Source: Octopus vulgaris (Eukaryota). Taken from it: a stretch of 64,000 nucleotides of DNA. A model generated the notes under the pieces. That model did not search any database. It was not told where the DNA came from and saw only the letters and a list, made by a program, of their open reading frames with translations. The stretch covers positions 164,672,001 through 164,736,000 of the forward strand of contig OX597815.1 in NCBI GenBank assembly GCA_951406725.2. Direction: 5' to 3'. Below, piece after piece: positions 1 through 13,017 of the stretch; the stretch's first letter is position 1, and each line of letters begins with the position of its first letter. A program made the translations under genes and the position numbers.

Positions 1-427
1 AAAAATAAGCATTGATCAATTATGCCACGTGGAAAGAGATGGGGATCATCGTGGTCAACAGATGATGCCAAAAGGCGTTGGGAAGAAGCGAGGGCACGGA
101 GACAAGAGGAAACAGCTGAGATGACGGTAGAACGACTGCATGATAACAGAGTCACGCAACAAAGAAGAAGGCAAGGAGAGACTGAGGAAGATAGGAATGC
201 AGGTCTCCAGGATGTGAGACAAAGAGCAAATAGCAGACTTGAGGCCCGCACGACTCTTAAACAACAGGGTGATGAAAGAAAGGACAGAGGGAGCAATGGA
301 AAGAAATGGACTCATTCTTTCTGCTGATAAGTTAGATATATATGCATAAGTACCATGAATTCCCATTCCACAAACTGGCAAACAATTCCATGAATACCTA
401 ACCAGGCAGCGCTGAGTAGTAAGCCTA

Positions 428-428
<1 letters not shown>
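1..428 (+). mobile_element. Helitron-like element, 3' part, with a charged-repeat ORF remnant (22-327)
   Basis: ETxEx(R)xxRL-type repeats resemble Helitron N-termini. Ends in a degenerate CCAGGCAGCGCTGAG hairpin followed by CTAG (425-428). Confidence 0.6.
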
Positions 429-490
<62 letters not shown>

Positions 491-493
<3 letters not shown>

Positions 494-891
494 TTTTATT
501 TGTTTCCATTATTTGACTGCAGCCATGCAGGAGCACTGCCTTAAAGAGTTCTAGTCGAAGAAACTGACCCCACGACTTATTCTTTGTAGACCTTGTACTT
601 ATTCTATCGGCTCCTTTACCAAACCACTAAGTTACGAGGACGTAAACACACCAACATTGGTTGTCAGGCGATGGTGGTGGAGGACAAACACAGACACAAA
701 CACATAGATGTATATGTAAACATATATACGATGGGCTTCTTTCAGTTTCCGTCAACCAAATCCACTCACAAAGCTTTGGTCGCCCCGAGGCTATAGTAGA
801 AAACACTTGCCCAAGGCACCACGCAATGGGACTGAACACAGAACCATGTGGATGAGAAGCAAGCTTCTTACTACACAGCCACACCAGCGCC
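491..891 (-). mobile_element. tRNA-derived SINE, family A, full length; tail runs into (TA)n at 430-490
   Basis: Reverse complement of the copies at 20292 and 24238; A/B-box head TGGCTGTGTAGT...GTTCAGTCCC. Confidence 0.85.
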
Positions 892-1336
892 AATGTGTGT
901 GTGTGTGTGTGCATTTTTTTTGTGTGTGTGTCCCTCACCATCACCGCTTGACAAGTGGTGAGAGTTCATTTACATCCCAGTAACTTAGTTGTTTGGCAGA
1001 AAAAATCCCAATACAATAAGTATGAAGCTTTCAGAAATGTATACTGGAGTTAATTTGCTCGACTAAATCCTTCAAAGCGGTACCACAGCTTGGCCACAGT
1101 CCAATGAATGAAACAAGTAAAAGATAAAAGATGCTGTCTCTAAAGAGGAAGCATACATTGGATAATCTAGTCCGAGATATGTCATGTACAAAAACTAGAT
1201 GAGATGGTCATGGCCGGAATGCAGTTAATGATAGGCTTGCTCAATCTAACTGATTTTGGGACTAAACAAGTATAACGCTGTTCAATTTCCTGCTCAACGA
1301 AACATCCCTCTAACACAAATTTTCATCTATTTATAT

Positions 1337-1969
1337 CAGTCATGGGCAAACTGCAGTCCTAATGAACAATTAATGGTACTGCTCTGGTGTGTGATCTACA
1401 AGGGAGATTAATTTAGGTAACGTTTTAGTTTACTTTTCAATTTCTAAAATCCCATAAGACGTTGGCTAAAGATTTTTACAATGTGATCATCGACGAGACG
1501 AAAGCAGTTTGCATTTTAACAAGAAACCAGAAGGCAGTTGCATTTTTACAAACCAGCACTAAATTCACATCATTTCTTAAGAAAAAGAAAGGTGCCACTT
1601 TGGCGTGGGATCTACAGTTTAAAGGGAAATTACTTTAAGTTACTTTTTAGTTTACTTTGTGTTAGTGCTACTTTCAGTGTGATCTATCTGAGCAAATTTA
1701 CTTTGGTGGGTAATCTACACACTTATTTTAATTATTATAGGATTTTCTTATAATTAAAATAGTAAGAATCTTGAAAAAATACTTTTACAATGCTAAGTAT
1801 GTACAAAATAATTTAAAAAGTAACCTAAAGTAATCTCCCTTGTAGATCACACTCCAAAACAGCACCTAATTAACTTCAATTTTGTTTGTTGTTTTATTTA
1901 GTAGTGTGGCCCGCCTAATGATTAGACATCATTTGATGCCCGCATCTCGACAAAGGTTGCCCATACTTG
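1337..1969. mobile_element. hAT-like MITE (outer element)
   Basis: Ends CAGTCATGGGCAAAC and GTTGCCCATACTTG, with a GTGGCCC subterminal motif. No clear TSD. Confidence 0.55.
1375..1866. mobile_element. MITE with about 60-bp TIRs, nested in the hAT MITE
   Basis: GTGTGATCTACAAGGGAGATTA and TAATCTCCCTTGTAGATCACAC are inverted. TAAT is duplicated on both flanks. Confidence 0.8.
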
Positions 1970-2306
1970 CTCAACATGCAAGAGATAATAGTCAAATCGC
2001 AGTCTTTCATGCAAAATAAAAAGGTTGTATTGTACACTATGGACTATGCCTAAACACGAATGAGAGATGAAGAAATGATCAAATGCTACACTTTCGATCA
2101 TGTGTCTTCTCAATCAGAGATGAACTAAAATTAAATGCGTAGTCATGACTGTGTATAGGCATAGACATGGCTGCGTAGTTAAAAAGTTTGCTTCCCAGGC
2201 ACATGGTTTTCTTCTGAATTCCACTAGTCAGCACTTTCGTCGAGTGTTTTCTACAGCCCTGAGGGTGGGTTTGGTAAGTGGAAACTGAGAGGCCTATCAT
2301 GTTTGA

Positions 2307-3229
2307 TATTTCTTATTGCCCACAGGGGGCTAAACATAGAGGGGACGAACATGGACAGACAAAGGAATTAAGTCGATTACATCGACCCCAGTGCGTAATT
2401 GGTACTTAATTTATCGATCCCGAAAGGATGAAAGGCAAAGTCGACCTCGGCGGAATTTGAACTCAGAACGTAAAGGCAGACGAAATACCGCTAAGCATTT
2501 CACCTGACGTGCAAACGATTCTGCCAGCTCGCTGCCTTTAAAGAGACAGAAGAAATACCTATTTCTTTATTGCCCACAAAGGGCTAAACATAGAGGAGAC
2601 AAACAAGGACAGACAAAGGGATTAAGTCGATAACATCGACCCCAGTGCGTAACTGGTACTTATTTAATCGACCCCGAAAGGATGAAAGGCAAAGTCGACC
2701 TCGGCGGAATTTGAACTCAGAACGTAGCGGCAGACGAAATGCCTATTTCTTTACTACCCACAAGGGGCTAACCACAGAGGGGACAAACATGGACAGACAA
2801 ACGGATTAAGTCGATTACATCGACCCCAGTGCGTAACTGGTACTTATTTAATCGACCCCGAAAGGATGAAAGGCAAAGTCGACCTTGGCGGAATTCGAAC
2901 TCAGAACGTAGCAGCAGACGAAATACCGCTAAGAATTTCACCTGACGTGCTAACGATTCTGCCAGCTCGCTGTCTTTAAAGAGACAGAAGAAATACCTAT
3001 TTCTTTACTACCCACAAGGGGCTAAACACAGAGGGGACAAACAAGGACAGACAAACGGATTAAGTCGATTATATCGACCCCAGTGCGTAACTGGTACTTA
3101 TTTAATCGACCCCGAAAGGATGAAAGGCAAAGTCGACCTCGGCGGAATTCGAACTCAGAACGTAGCAGCAGACGAAATACCGCTAAGCATTCGCCCGACG
3201 TGTTAACGTTTCTGCCAGCTCACCGCCTT
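2307..3229 (-). repeat. Head-to-tail array of 4 copies of tRNA-derived SINE family B
   Basis: The ATCGACCCCGAAAGGATGAAAGGCAAAGTCGACCTCGGCGGAATTTGAACTC core occurs 4 times. A monomer is at 38612-38829. Confidence 0.9.
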
Positions 3230-4482
3230 CATGTTTGTGTGTGTGTGTTTTTGTGCGCGTTTGTGCGTGCGTACGTGTGAATACATATTTATCTAGTCTT
3301 CAACATTATTCGCTGGGGGTGTAAATAATGGCCTCTCTGACAGTATTGCTTCTTTACAATCCACTACATGTCCAAACTTCTTGACAAGTTGAAAGATCTT
3401 GGTGAATGAACAAAAGGTCCATTCATACAGTAACGTTTCTGTTCTCTACGTTAACAGGTCTGGGCCGTTTGTTGTCCAACAGACTAGGAGATTATTACTC
3501 TGCTTTGAAACAGGCAGGAATGGTGGCGTTAGGAAGAGCACCCGGCCGTAGAAAAACTGTCCCATTATAACCACATCTGACCAATGCAAGCATGAGAAAG
3601 TAGATGTTAAAACAATTATGACGACGATGATACTGTTTGCTCACCTGTCTACGAAACTATACGATCTGGTAGTCCCGTCGCTGGAAGATGGTAGGGGTTT
3701 GCTCCCCTGCTTGTAATACCTATTGGATGCAGATTGCATCGAATAATCACCTAGAAGAGGCATCTTCCTGGGGTTAAAATGGTAGCAACATCGGTTTTTA
3801 CGGGACAGCCATGTGAAAGTGATGATAAACATTACTTCTCAATATAGTTACTGCTTTCATCTCTTAGAGAGATTTTCTAACTCGCTAAGCAAATTATCAA
3901 CTGAAATCAAATTCTTTAATGCAAGATTACCTGTAAATATTCAGAGGAGAGTAGTAGATAAAAAGAACCTTTAATCTTTTTCTTTCTATTTAAAACTCAT
4001 TTAATTATTTGCCTTCTCTCAAAATGAAAGGTTATGGGCACAAGCATAGCTGTGTGGTTAAGAAGTTTGCATCCCAACCACATGGTTCTGGGTTCAGTCC
4101 CACTGTATGGCACCTTGGGCAAGTGTCTTCTACTAAACAGACAGACATATAAGTATATATGTGTGTTTGTGTGTGTGCATGTTTTGTATATTCTGACACT
4201 GCCTGATGAAGTGAATGGTCACAAAAATAAATGTTTGTTGTGGAAGCAAGCTGTGAAATACTAAGCTAGTAGTTCACATATATCTTTTATATATTTTATC
4301 AGAGATTGAAGAAATGTAACAGAAAGAACCAATTTGAACTTTGATCATAGCACCAAATAATTTATGATTTGTTGAGCACTTTCAATGAGTTATACATCAC
4401 TATGATGCATGGAGATGTATTCTGTTCATTTCTTCCAAATATTATTGTCTAGCCACTCAAAGACATATTACATGTGCAAATT

Positions 4483-5160
4483 TCATCATCATCATTTAAC
4501 ATCCGTTTTCCATGCTGGTATAGGTTAGATAGTTGCATTGGAGCTGGTAAGCCAGAGAGCTGTGCTAGGCTCAAGTCTATTTTGGCTTGGTTTCTACCAC
4601 TGGATGCCCTTCTTAACACCAACTACTCTACAGAATATATTGGTCTTTTACCTATCACCTGCACTAGCCACGACCACAATTTCACTTAGTTCAACATGTT
4701 TTTTCAAGCACAGCAAATTGCCAGAAGTCTCAGTTATTTATCATCTCTGAAAGACTCAATAACTGAAGATCATATCTCACCACCTCGTCCCAGGTCTTCT
4801 TGGGTCAAGCTCTTCCACTGGCTCCCTCCACAATTAGAGATCAGTACATCTTTATGCTGTTGTACTTATCCATACACATCAGATGACCAGCAGTCTGCGC
4901 TCTTTCACACATTTGATGCCTCTCATATCCAATTTTTCTCTTAAGACATTCACACTATCATACGTGCACACTGACATTGCACATCCAACAGAGCATGCTA
5001 GCGACTCTTCTTTCAAGCCTTCGCATATCCTCTGCAATCACAGTCCATGTTTCACTGCCATGTAGCATGGCTTTTCACACACAGGAAACATGCAATCTGC
5101 CTTTTACTCTGAGGGAGAGATATATTATTACCAACAAAGGTAGAAGCTTTCTGAACTCAA
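4483..5160 (-). mobile_element. RTE-like LINE 3' fragment
   Basis: (GAT)n tail, TGGATGCCCTT motif and a degenerate MLHGSETW coding remnant. Confidence 0.8.
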
Positions 5161-5244
5161 GTTTGTAAATACAAAGATGATAATTTATTTTCGAATGCTG
5201 AGATGCTCTAAGAATAGCAGGAATATTAGGTAAATTGGGTAATT

Positions 5245-5651
5245 GGATCTTTTCGGTTTGACCGGCAGTTTTTTAAAATAATTTCCACATAACTAAACAC
5301 TTTTAAACTTCGTATACTGGTAGAATGTGTTTATAAAACATCTTTTTCTTTTGGCTTTATTGAGAAAATTCTATAGTTTGTAAGATATTTGTTTTTTTCT
5401 TCAATTTCTGCAATTTCAACCAATCAATGACGTCTATTGAGGTGAAAACATTCTGTGCCGTATGAATATGTCCCTCGTTTAAGAAACAGATTGGGTTTAT
5501 TTACATTTGTGAAGAAAAAAAGATACCCTTCCCCCCACCCCTAACTCTAACACAGATTGAAACGCAATAGATCGATACTAGGGTCATAATTATGGGTGAC
5601 AATTTCATATGACACCACTAGAAAAAACTGCTGTTCAAACCGAAAAGATCC
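5245..5651. mobile_element. MITE with 30-bp TIRs (GG termini; Merlin/Mutator-like)
   Basis: GGATCTTTTCGGTTTGACCGGCAGTTTTTT and AAAAAACTGCTGTTCAAACCGAAAAGATCC. Flanks gggtaatt and aggtaatt form an 8-bp TSD with one mismatch. Confidence 0.85.
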
Positions 5652-5789
5652 AGGTAATTTACTCAATATTCCTGCCATTCTTACGGCATCCCAGCATTCA
5701 AAAATAAATTATCTTATTTGTATTTATATACACATTTCATCACTTATAAAGGAACAAATGCTACCTTGCTTATATTTATACACGTGGTT

Positions 5790-5867
5790 GCACAGTTTAG
5801 CTTAATGGTAAAGCACTTTGCCTGAGTCATATAAAGGGATATAGGTTCAAGTCCCATAGCTAGTTGC
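5790..5867 (+). pseudogene. tRNA-like sequence (degenerate tRNA or SINE head)
   Basis: A box TAGCTTAATGGTAAAGC and B box GGTTCAAGTCC. Acceptor and anticodon stems are poor. Confidence 0.5.
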
Positions 5868-6667
5868 TAACAGATTTTTCTGTTTTATAAGGGTAATTTA
5901 CTCAACATTACTGCCTTTCTTATGGTGTCTCAGCATTTGAAAATAAATTATCTTATTTATATACACATTTTGGCGCTTATAAAAAAAACAAATGTTAGTT
6001 TGTTTACATTTATACACATGGTTTCAAGTTTGTACCAATCTACAAACTTAAGTCATTAATGTCGTTTCCTCTTACATGTCCTCTAACTTAGCAATTTGAT
6101 ATTCCTGGCTGAAATGAGCACTAGAGAGTTCTAAAAGCTTTGAAGTTCATACTCCATTGTGGTAGCAATCCAACGACCGAAACTAGTAATATAAATCTTT
6201 GGTAACACTGAGTAAATTCCAAATTAATAATGAAGCATGTAGAATACACTAATCTCAAGAATAAAAATAACATTATGGAGAGGTAGTTGAACATAAAAGT
6301 TTAATTGTATTAATAAGAAAAAATATAAGTGTGAAGAATAAAAAAGATTATTCTGAAAATCAAATTTATGTTAATGAATGATTTTTAATTATATAGAAAA
6401 AAATTGATTCAATATTGAATAAAATGTCTCTTTGGCATACTGATTTCATAGATTGTATTCATAATTCAAATTTTGTATATTTTTAGGCTTTAAATTATCA
6501 TAATAGATCCATTATTTACTATATGAATGTCATTTGCATAATAGCTTATTTTAGGTTTTTAAACATTTCTAATAAAAGTATTATTATTATTTAGAGGATA
6601 AAGTTTAAAAGGCAAAATACCTAAAAGAATTTACATGTTAATATAGAGAAAGATTTTATAGAATTCT

Positions 6668-6936
6668 TTAACCTTTTTGAAACCAACCTAAGACTGTCTC
6701 TTAGTTCTATAGCAGAAACTTCTCGCTTTAAAGTGATCTAAATTAAGCCTTCCATCAAAATTTTTTAATTTACATTCTAGACATCTTATTATTAAAACAA
6801 AGTTATTTTGCTAAATTCTTCATTATTCCAAGAATTAATTGAAGCAATGGCAGTGTTATTAAATTCTTCATTATCTTAAGAATTAATTGAAGCAATGGCA
6901 GTGTATTTCAGCAGAAATATGGTAATAAAAGGGTTA
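6668..6936. mobile_element. piggyBac-like MITE, family 2
   Basis: TTAA|CCTTTTTG...AAAAGGG|TTAA. Homologous to 57917-59340 and 31460-31620. Has an internal duplication of about 46 bp. Confidence 0.7.
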
Positions 6937-8084
6937 ACAAAGAGAATTTATTTACTGTAAATATACTGAAGGCCAAATTGAGCAAATTGGAATCCTTTAC
7001 AGATTATTAAAAAGACTATTTTATAGATTCTTTTGAGAATCAATAAAAGCAAAGTTTTATAGAATGGACTTTACATAACTTTTACACCTATAGGTCAAGC
7101 TTGTACAGTTGACTTTAACAAATAATAGTACAGAACTCCAGCTGAGAATTAGATGAACACAGTTTGTTGGTTTTATTTTCATTCAAACTGAAACATATTT
7201 GGAGTGCAAATTAGTTGTACAAAATTCCATGTTTTTAATGAATGTAGCATAGCAGTGCTAGAACATATTACTTTGTATATAAAATACTGGCCACCAAGAA
7301 TCGAGGTAATTTAAGTGTTATTTCAGTTCAAGTAAATCCAAGAAAATTTATACAAACATAATTAAGCGTAAAATTACAAATGGAGGTATTTTGTAAAAGT
7401 TCTTTGGATGAACTTTCAAATATCTTTGCCATTAATTTCCAGCTGTAATTTAAGCAAAATTAAAAACAGACATTGTTTTTGGACCACAAATTAGAGAACT
7501 AATGAATGATGACATTTAAGAACATTATTCTCAGTTCCATTATAAACTTGGTAAACATTAACCAGCCATATCTGGCCCAAATATTCTTCCGTTTTGTGTT
7601 CAAACTGGCCAGATCCAGCCTCTCACACCTACCCAACATTGTCTTTCTAAGCATAAACAGTCACATCATTGAAATCGGAAAGCTACGAGATAATACATGA
7701 GTGATTTATAATAATGTGGATACACAAGCATTTGACAGAATAATCTGAATGCTAAAGGGTTATATCAATATTGTAAATGTAAAAGCAATCGGTAACAAAC
7801 AGCAGTAGGATAAACACCTTTTAGTAGCTCAGATGTAGAATAAGAATAAAATATCACCTTTCACATTCTCTTGGGTTTTTTCCCAGAAAACGGTTTCAAA
7901 TATACATAGTGAAGAACAAGGTAAACATTTTCAACAAAGACATTATGTTAACAGAAGAACAATATTAAAGCCAGTGTAACATTAGTATGATGGTAAATTA
8001 TACATTGTATAATGTTTGAATCAAGATGACCCACATGAAGAATATGTATGAAAATCAAAGATATGTCTGTAAAAAAATTAAATT

Positions 8085-8135
8085 TTTATTGTTTTTCTTT
8101 TCTGTTGAAAAAATATTTTTATAACTACTTTTATT
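8085..8135 (-). promoter_or_regulatory. Candidate polyadenylation signals of MIX23 (AATAAA at 8135-8130 and 8090-8085)
   Basis: TTTATT hexamers on the plus strand, 175-225 nt past the stop codon. The context is AT-rich, so this is weak. Confidence 0.4.
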
Positions 8136-8309
8136 TTAAAAAATCTAATAACGATAAGAACAAAATCCAAAAATAAAAAAATTGAAAGAAAGCGTATTGA
8201 ATTTTACTAGGTGGATACACTTCCATGAAAAAAAGTTCTCAAAATGCACACCAATGTAATCATACACAGAATCTAATTCTAAATATAATATAAAGAACAA
8301 CAGGAACTA

Positions 8310-8363
8310 TCATGTGAGATGCTTTGGTGGTTTGTAAGCAATTCGACATCTTTCATAAAAAAC
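8310..8363 (-). CDS. MIX23: MIX23/CCDC58 exon 5 (VFYERCRIAYKPPKHLT*)
   Basis: ttgcag acceptor; TGA followed by TAG. Matches human VFNERCRIHFKPPKNE. Confidence 0.96.
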   Translation of the reverse strand, partial: VFYERCRIAYKPPKHLT

Positions 8364-8453
8364 CTGCAAAATATGAAGAAAAAAAAGCAAATAAATAGAA
8401 TATAAAAAAACAAATAAGTAAAATATTTCAAAAAAAAAAAAAAAGAGATGTGA

Positions 8454-8668
8454 TTAACCCTTTTGCCTTTAAACCAGCCATATGTGGCCCAAATAGTCTA
8501 TTTGTTTTATGGTCAAACTGGTCATATCCAGCTTCTCAAACCTATCCTACAATGTCATTGTAAAATAACACAATCACACCATTGAAATCTCAAAGCATGA
8601 ATAATTCAAAACAATGTGAATGAATAAGCATTATATTTGACAGAGCGATTTGAATGCTAAAGGGTTAA
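8454..8668. mobile_element. piggyBac-like MITE, family 1 (other copies about 7558-7762, 10137-10373, 49545-49757, 57277-57507, 62775-62980)
   Basis: TTAA|CCCTTT...AAAGGG|TTAA, about 210 bp, six related copies in the window. Confidence 0.8.
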
Positions 8669-8957
8669 TAATTAATTTTGAAAATACATTTCAATGAACA
8701 TTAAATTATTAGAAAGTAATGTGAACGTGGTCTAACAGAAGCATGTTTTTGTCTACTACTGTAGTTTAAAATAGAGCTTCACGAATCTGTAGCTTACAGT
8801 AAACCTTTATAGCAGCCAACAGACTTTAGTTATTTACTAAAATACAAATACTTTAGGGCAATTCATCATCCTTCTGAGATTTTTACTAAGTCTCATGTTG
8901 TTTATTGCAAAGTTATATATAGTGCATGGTTAGGGTAAAGACACCTTTCAATATAGT

Positions 8958-9270
8958 AATGACCATAGGATTGCACCTAGAAAGTTCCCCTCCAAGACAC
9001 AAGTCTGGGTAAGGTTGCTTATGGAAGACCAGCAGTCACCCATGCATACCAGCCTCCCCTCTCCATGCCACCAATGTTGTCCAAGGCAAAGGCAAAGACC
9101 AATACAGTTTAGCACCAGTGATGTTGCAATTCATTTCTACAGTTGAGTGAACTGGAGTAACACAAAATAGTATCTTGCTCAAGCATACAACATGCAGCCC
9201 AGCCCAGGAATTGAACTCACAACCTCATGGTTGTGAGCTCGACACTCTAACCACTGAGCCATGCACCTTC
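8958..9270 (-). mobile_element. tRNA-derived SINE, family C
   Basis: Minus-strand head TGGCTCAGTGGTTAGAG...GAGTTCAATTCC followed by CTTGAGCAAGATAC. Related heads at about 26910 and 27350. Confidence 0.75.
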
Positions 9271-10590
9271 ACCGGTTTCTACATGGTTATTCCAGTTACA
9301 GTTGCTTACTTTCTTTACAGCCTCTTCAAGGGTTGAATTTTTTTTTGTTGTTGTTATAGATTTTGGGCTTAGCATGTATCTATTCGTCAATTCCCTTGTT
9401 AGAGCGGTACTAGAGAAGTTGAACATAGCTAAAGGATAAGTTTCCATACACGAGACATTGTTCTGTACCCCCAACAGAAACAATCTAGCCCTTAAGAATG
9501 AGTTAATGCCCTCACCTTAAAATCAGCTCTGTTTGTTTGTGTCTACTTCTCAAGGAAAACCAACTTCCAATAAAATTGAAGACTTTTATCAATCAGCCTC
9601 TCATCAAGTCATTAAGTAAATCAGTAACTTTATGCCTTAAATGCCTTGATCCTGGCACCTTAAACTCACTAGTTTATCAAAGGAACAAAAACCAGACATA
9701 TATAATCACCTATGCCATATTACACAATCATTTTTATTCCAACAGGATAAAAAATAAAAGTGATTACATAAAGTAAAACAGAAAGGTATTTGACACTCTC
9801 TCCACCCCCACCAGCTCATGATATGACAAGCAGCTCTTCAGCTGTTATATCCAATGCCTTCTCTATCACTTTTACCATCAAATTTACACTCAGAATAAGA
9901 ATGCACTACAAGTAGTCCATCACCAGAATCAACTAATTACTGCCACAGCTACCACAGTAGAAAAAATTCTCCCAAGTCCAGAGTCTATTCAGAAAAATGG
10001 CCAATGAATATTAGTTGTTATTCTCTATAAATAGTCAGTTCCTGTTTTAGTAGAGTCTGTGGTAGTAGAATGCTATATCAAGTTGATTAAGAGATATTGT
10101 ACCATGGAATAAACAAAATATTTACCAGTAATAACTAAACTCTTAAGTGTTTAAACTGGCCATATCCGGCTCAAATATTCTACATATTTTATATTCAAAC
10201 TGGCGATATCTAGCCTTTCACACCTACCCTACATTGACATTCTAAAAATAAATAGTGACATTATTGAAACCTCAAAGCTATAAGATAATGCATAATTAAT
10301 TCAAGTTGATGATGATGAATTTGAATGAAGAAGTATTACATTTAACAGAATAATTTAAACACTAAAGGGTTAATCTAACAGCCCTAACATTTGTTTAATT
10401 AAATACTTAAAGAAACATTTTATTATCATTTTAAGTTTCCTTCTAAATATGACTGTTATGCAAATGTTATACTTCATTTGGATAGATTAAACTTAAATAT
10501 ATCTTTTATACACTCTAGTTGTTCCTTTAAATTTACCTAATCTTAAGCAGATGCAGTCAAGCCAATCTTTGACATAATTTACTCAGTATG

Positions 10591-10808
10591 GAAGGCGGCA
10601 AGCTGGCACAAATGTTAGCATGCCAAGCAAAATGCTTAGCGGTATTATGACTGTCTTTATGTTCTGAGTTCAAATTCCACCAAGGTTGACTTTGCCTTTC
10701 ATCTTTTCGGAGTCGATAAATTAAGCACCAGTTGTGTACTGGGGTTGATCTAATATACTACCCCACTTACCCAAAAATTTTGGGCCTTGTGCCTAGAGTA
10801 GAAAAGAA
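10591..10808 (+). mobile_element. SINE family B copy (others about 14772-14968, 26127-26323, 56835-57015)
   Basis: GGCGGCAAGCTGGCA head and GACTTTGCCTTTCATC core. Confidence 0.8.
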
Positions 10809-11044
10809 TTTATTCAGTATATCATACCTGAAGCTGAAAATAAATAATGGTACTCATTAAAAATATTACTAATTAGTAGTTCTACTAATTAAAAAATATT
10901 TATTAATTAATATTAATTTGTAATATTACTAACTAATATAATATTTCAGTAATTTATACATATTTCTAAATTCAGTACATATAAACCGAACAAAAACAAA
11001 AATTATAAAAGGAAACTTGATAAGAACTTGCTTTACACATGAAA

Positions 11045-11434
11045 TCTATATATATAAAGCTGAAGTTGTCTGTGTGTGGCAGGTTTCATAGCCTTCAACT
11101 AACACTATCACCTTCGAGACCCTGTGGCGCAAGTTGACCAAAATTGAGAGTATGATAGAAGAAGGCTTGCTCTTCATTCCGTGGAAGATAAAATTTAAAT
11201 CAGACCATGTTAAGACCAAAAATTATTTACATCAAAAAGGTGCTTTTTTTCTATGAAAATCCCTATTTTTTACAATTTTTTTACTGCTGTGTCGCCATTT
11301 TTCGGTGTATTTCAACCAGAAAAATGCTCACTTAAAGAGAATAACAAGCTATATAATACAAAATTTTTACTTTTCAAAAATTCCAATTCTAAAGGGTCGA
11401 AACAAACCCGAGCAACGTCGGGCGATACTGCTAG
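11045..11434 (+). mobile_element. Non-autonomous Helitron, complete
   Basis: A|TCTATATATATAAAG 5' end, CCCGAGCAACGTCGGG hairpin, CTAG|T 3' end, no TSD. Confidence 0.9.
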
Positions 11435-13017
11435 TAAAATTTTTAAAGATAATCTCAGAGTTTAAAATAAATAAATTGGAAAAGGAGGTGTTCTCAAGGC
11501 ATAACAATCACAGTAAGAATTAGGTGGGGAAAGTTTAAGATACTAATATTTCTGTTGGCAGCAAAGAAATTCTTTCTACAAGTGAACGGTAAACTGTATG
11601 ATGTTTGTGATGAAACATGGATACTGAGTGAGGGACATGTGCAAAGGCTTGAAGGAAATGACACGGGTACATTGTGTTGGGTATGTAAATATTAGTGTGC
11701 ATGAACTACTGAGCAAAGATGGAAAACGGGGTATAAGAGAAATTAGATGTGGTGTGCTAGGGAAAAGATTTCAGCTCAGACAAATGGGTTTGTATGTGTG
11801 GACGATGACAGTTGGATAAAAAAAAAAAAAGGACCAAGCAATCCAATTGGAAGGAATCAATGAGAGAAGACAACCAAGAAAGACATGGGAAAAAGTGATG
11901 AAAGATGATATCAGTAAACTGTGTGTATCTGTGTTTGTGTTGTGTCCACCACCACCACCACTTGACAACCAGTGTTGTTTTGTTTACATCCCTCTAATTG
12001 AGCAATTCGGTAAGAGACTGACAGAATAAGTACCAGGCTTAAAAAATAAATACTGGGGTCGATTTGTTCGACTGAACCCCCCTCCCCCTCTCTCTTCGCT
12101 CTCTCTTTCTCTTTCTAAGCATGGTTTCCCTTGCAAAACAGGCTCATTCCTCTGGAACCCTCTCCAGCTGAGCATCCCTAATCTTGTGAGCTCGTAGGTG
12201 CTGGTGCCACATAAAAAGTACCTGTGCTGATGCTGCGAAAAAGCACCCAGTACACTCTGTGAAATGGTTAGCATTAGGAGAGGTATCCAGCCACAGAAAC
12301 CATGCCAAAACAGACATGGAGTCTGAACAGCCTTTCAGCTGGTTAGCTCCTGTCAAACCATACAACCCCTGCTAGCACAGAAAACAGAAGTTAAATGATG
12401 ATGATGATGATATATATGCTGGGCTTCTTTTAATTTCTGTCTACCAAAATCCACTCACAAGGCCTTGGTCGGCTCAGGGCTATAATAGAAGACACTTCCC
12501 CAAGGTATCAAACAGTGGAACTGAAAATGTATTTTACATAATTAAACTTTCTTGATTCACTACATTTAGTACGTTAGCATCCAATTTGTTATATATTACT
12601 TAGTCATTGCCTCAGCTTAATCCACATTTAGATTATTTCCATTCAAGCTTTCTTCTGTGCTTAGTGTAATATATAATCCATCAATGAAAACAGACTATTT
12701 TAAAATATAAAGGGGAAAAAGATCAATGCGAATGATTGAGCACGATGTAGGCAGGGGAGACAACTCCGAAGTTTAAATTAACGTTGTTCTGTGGCATGGA
12801 AGCCGTAAAAATTATAACCTTGAAAATGATGGTGCCTCTTCTATAGTGCTAGTTGAGAAGCTGTTACGGCATTTGCTTAGGATTAACTGAGATTAGCCCT
12901 TGCAAAGACTTGGTACATTACTTAGCAGCAGTAAGTTTCGTTTATAATGAAATATTTCATTTAACTAATATTGCTGATATAAATACAGTTATTCAGCAAA
13001 TATATATTTTTTTTCTG

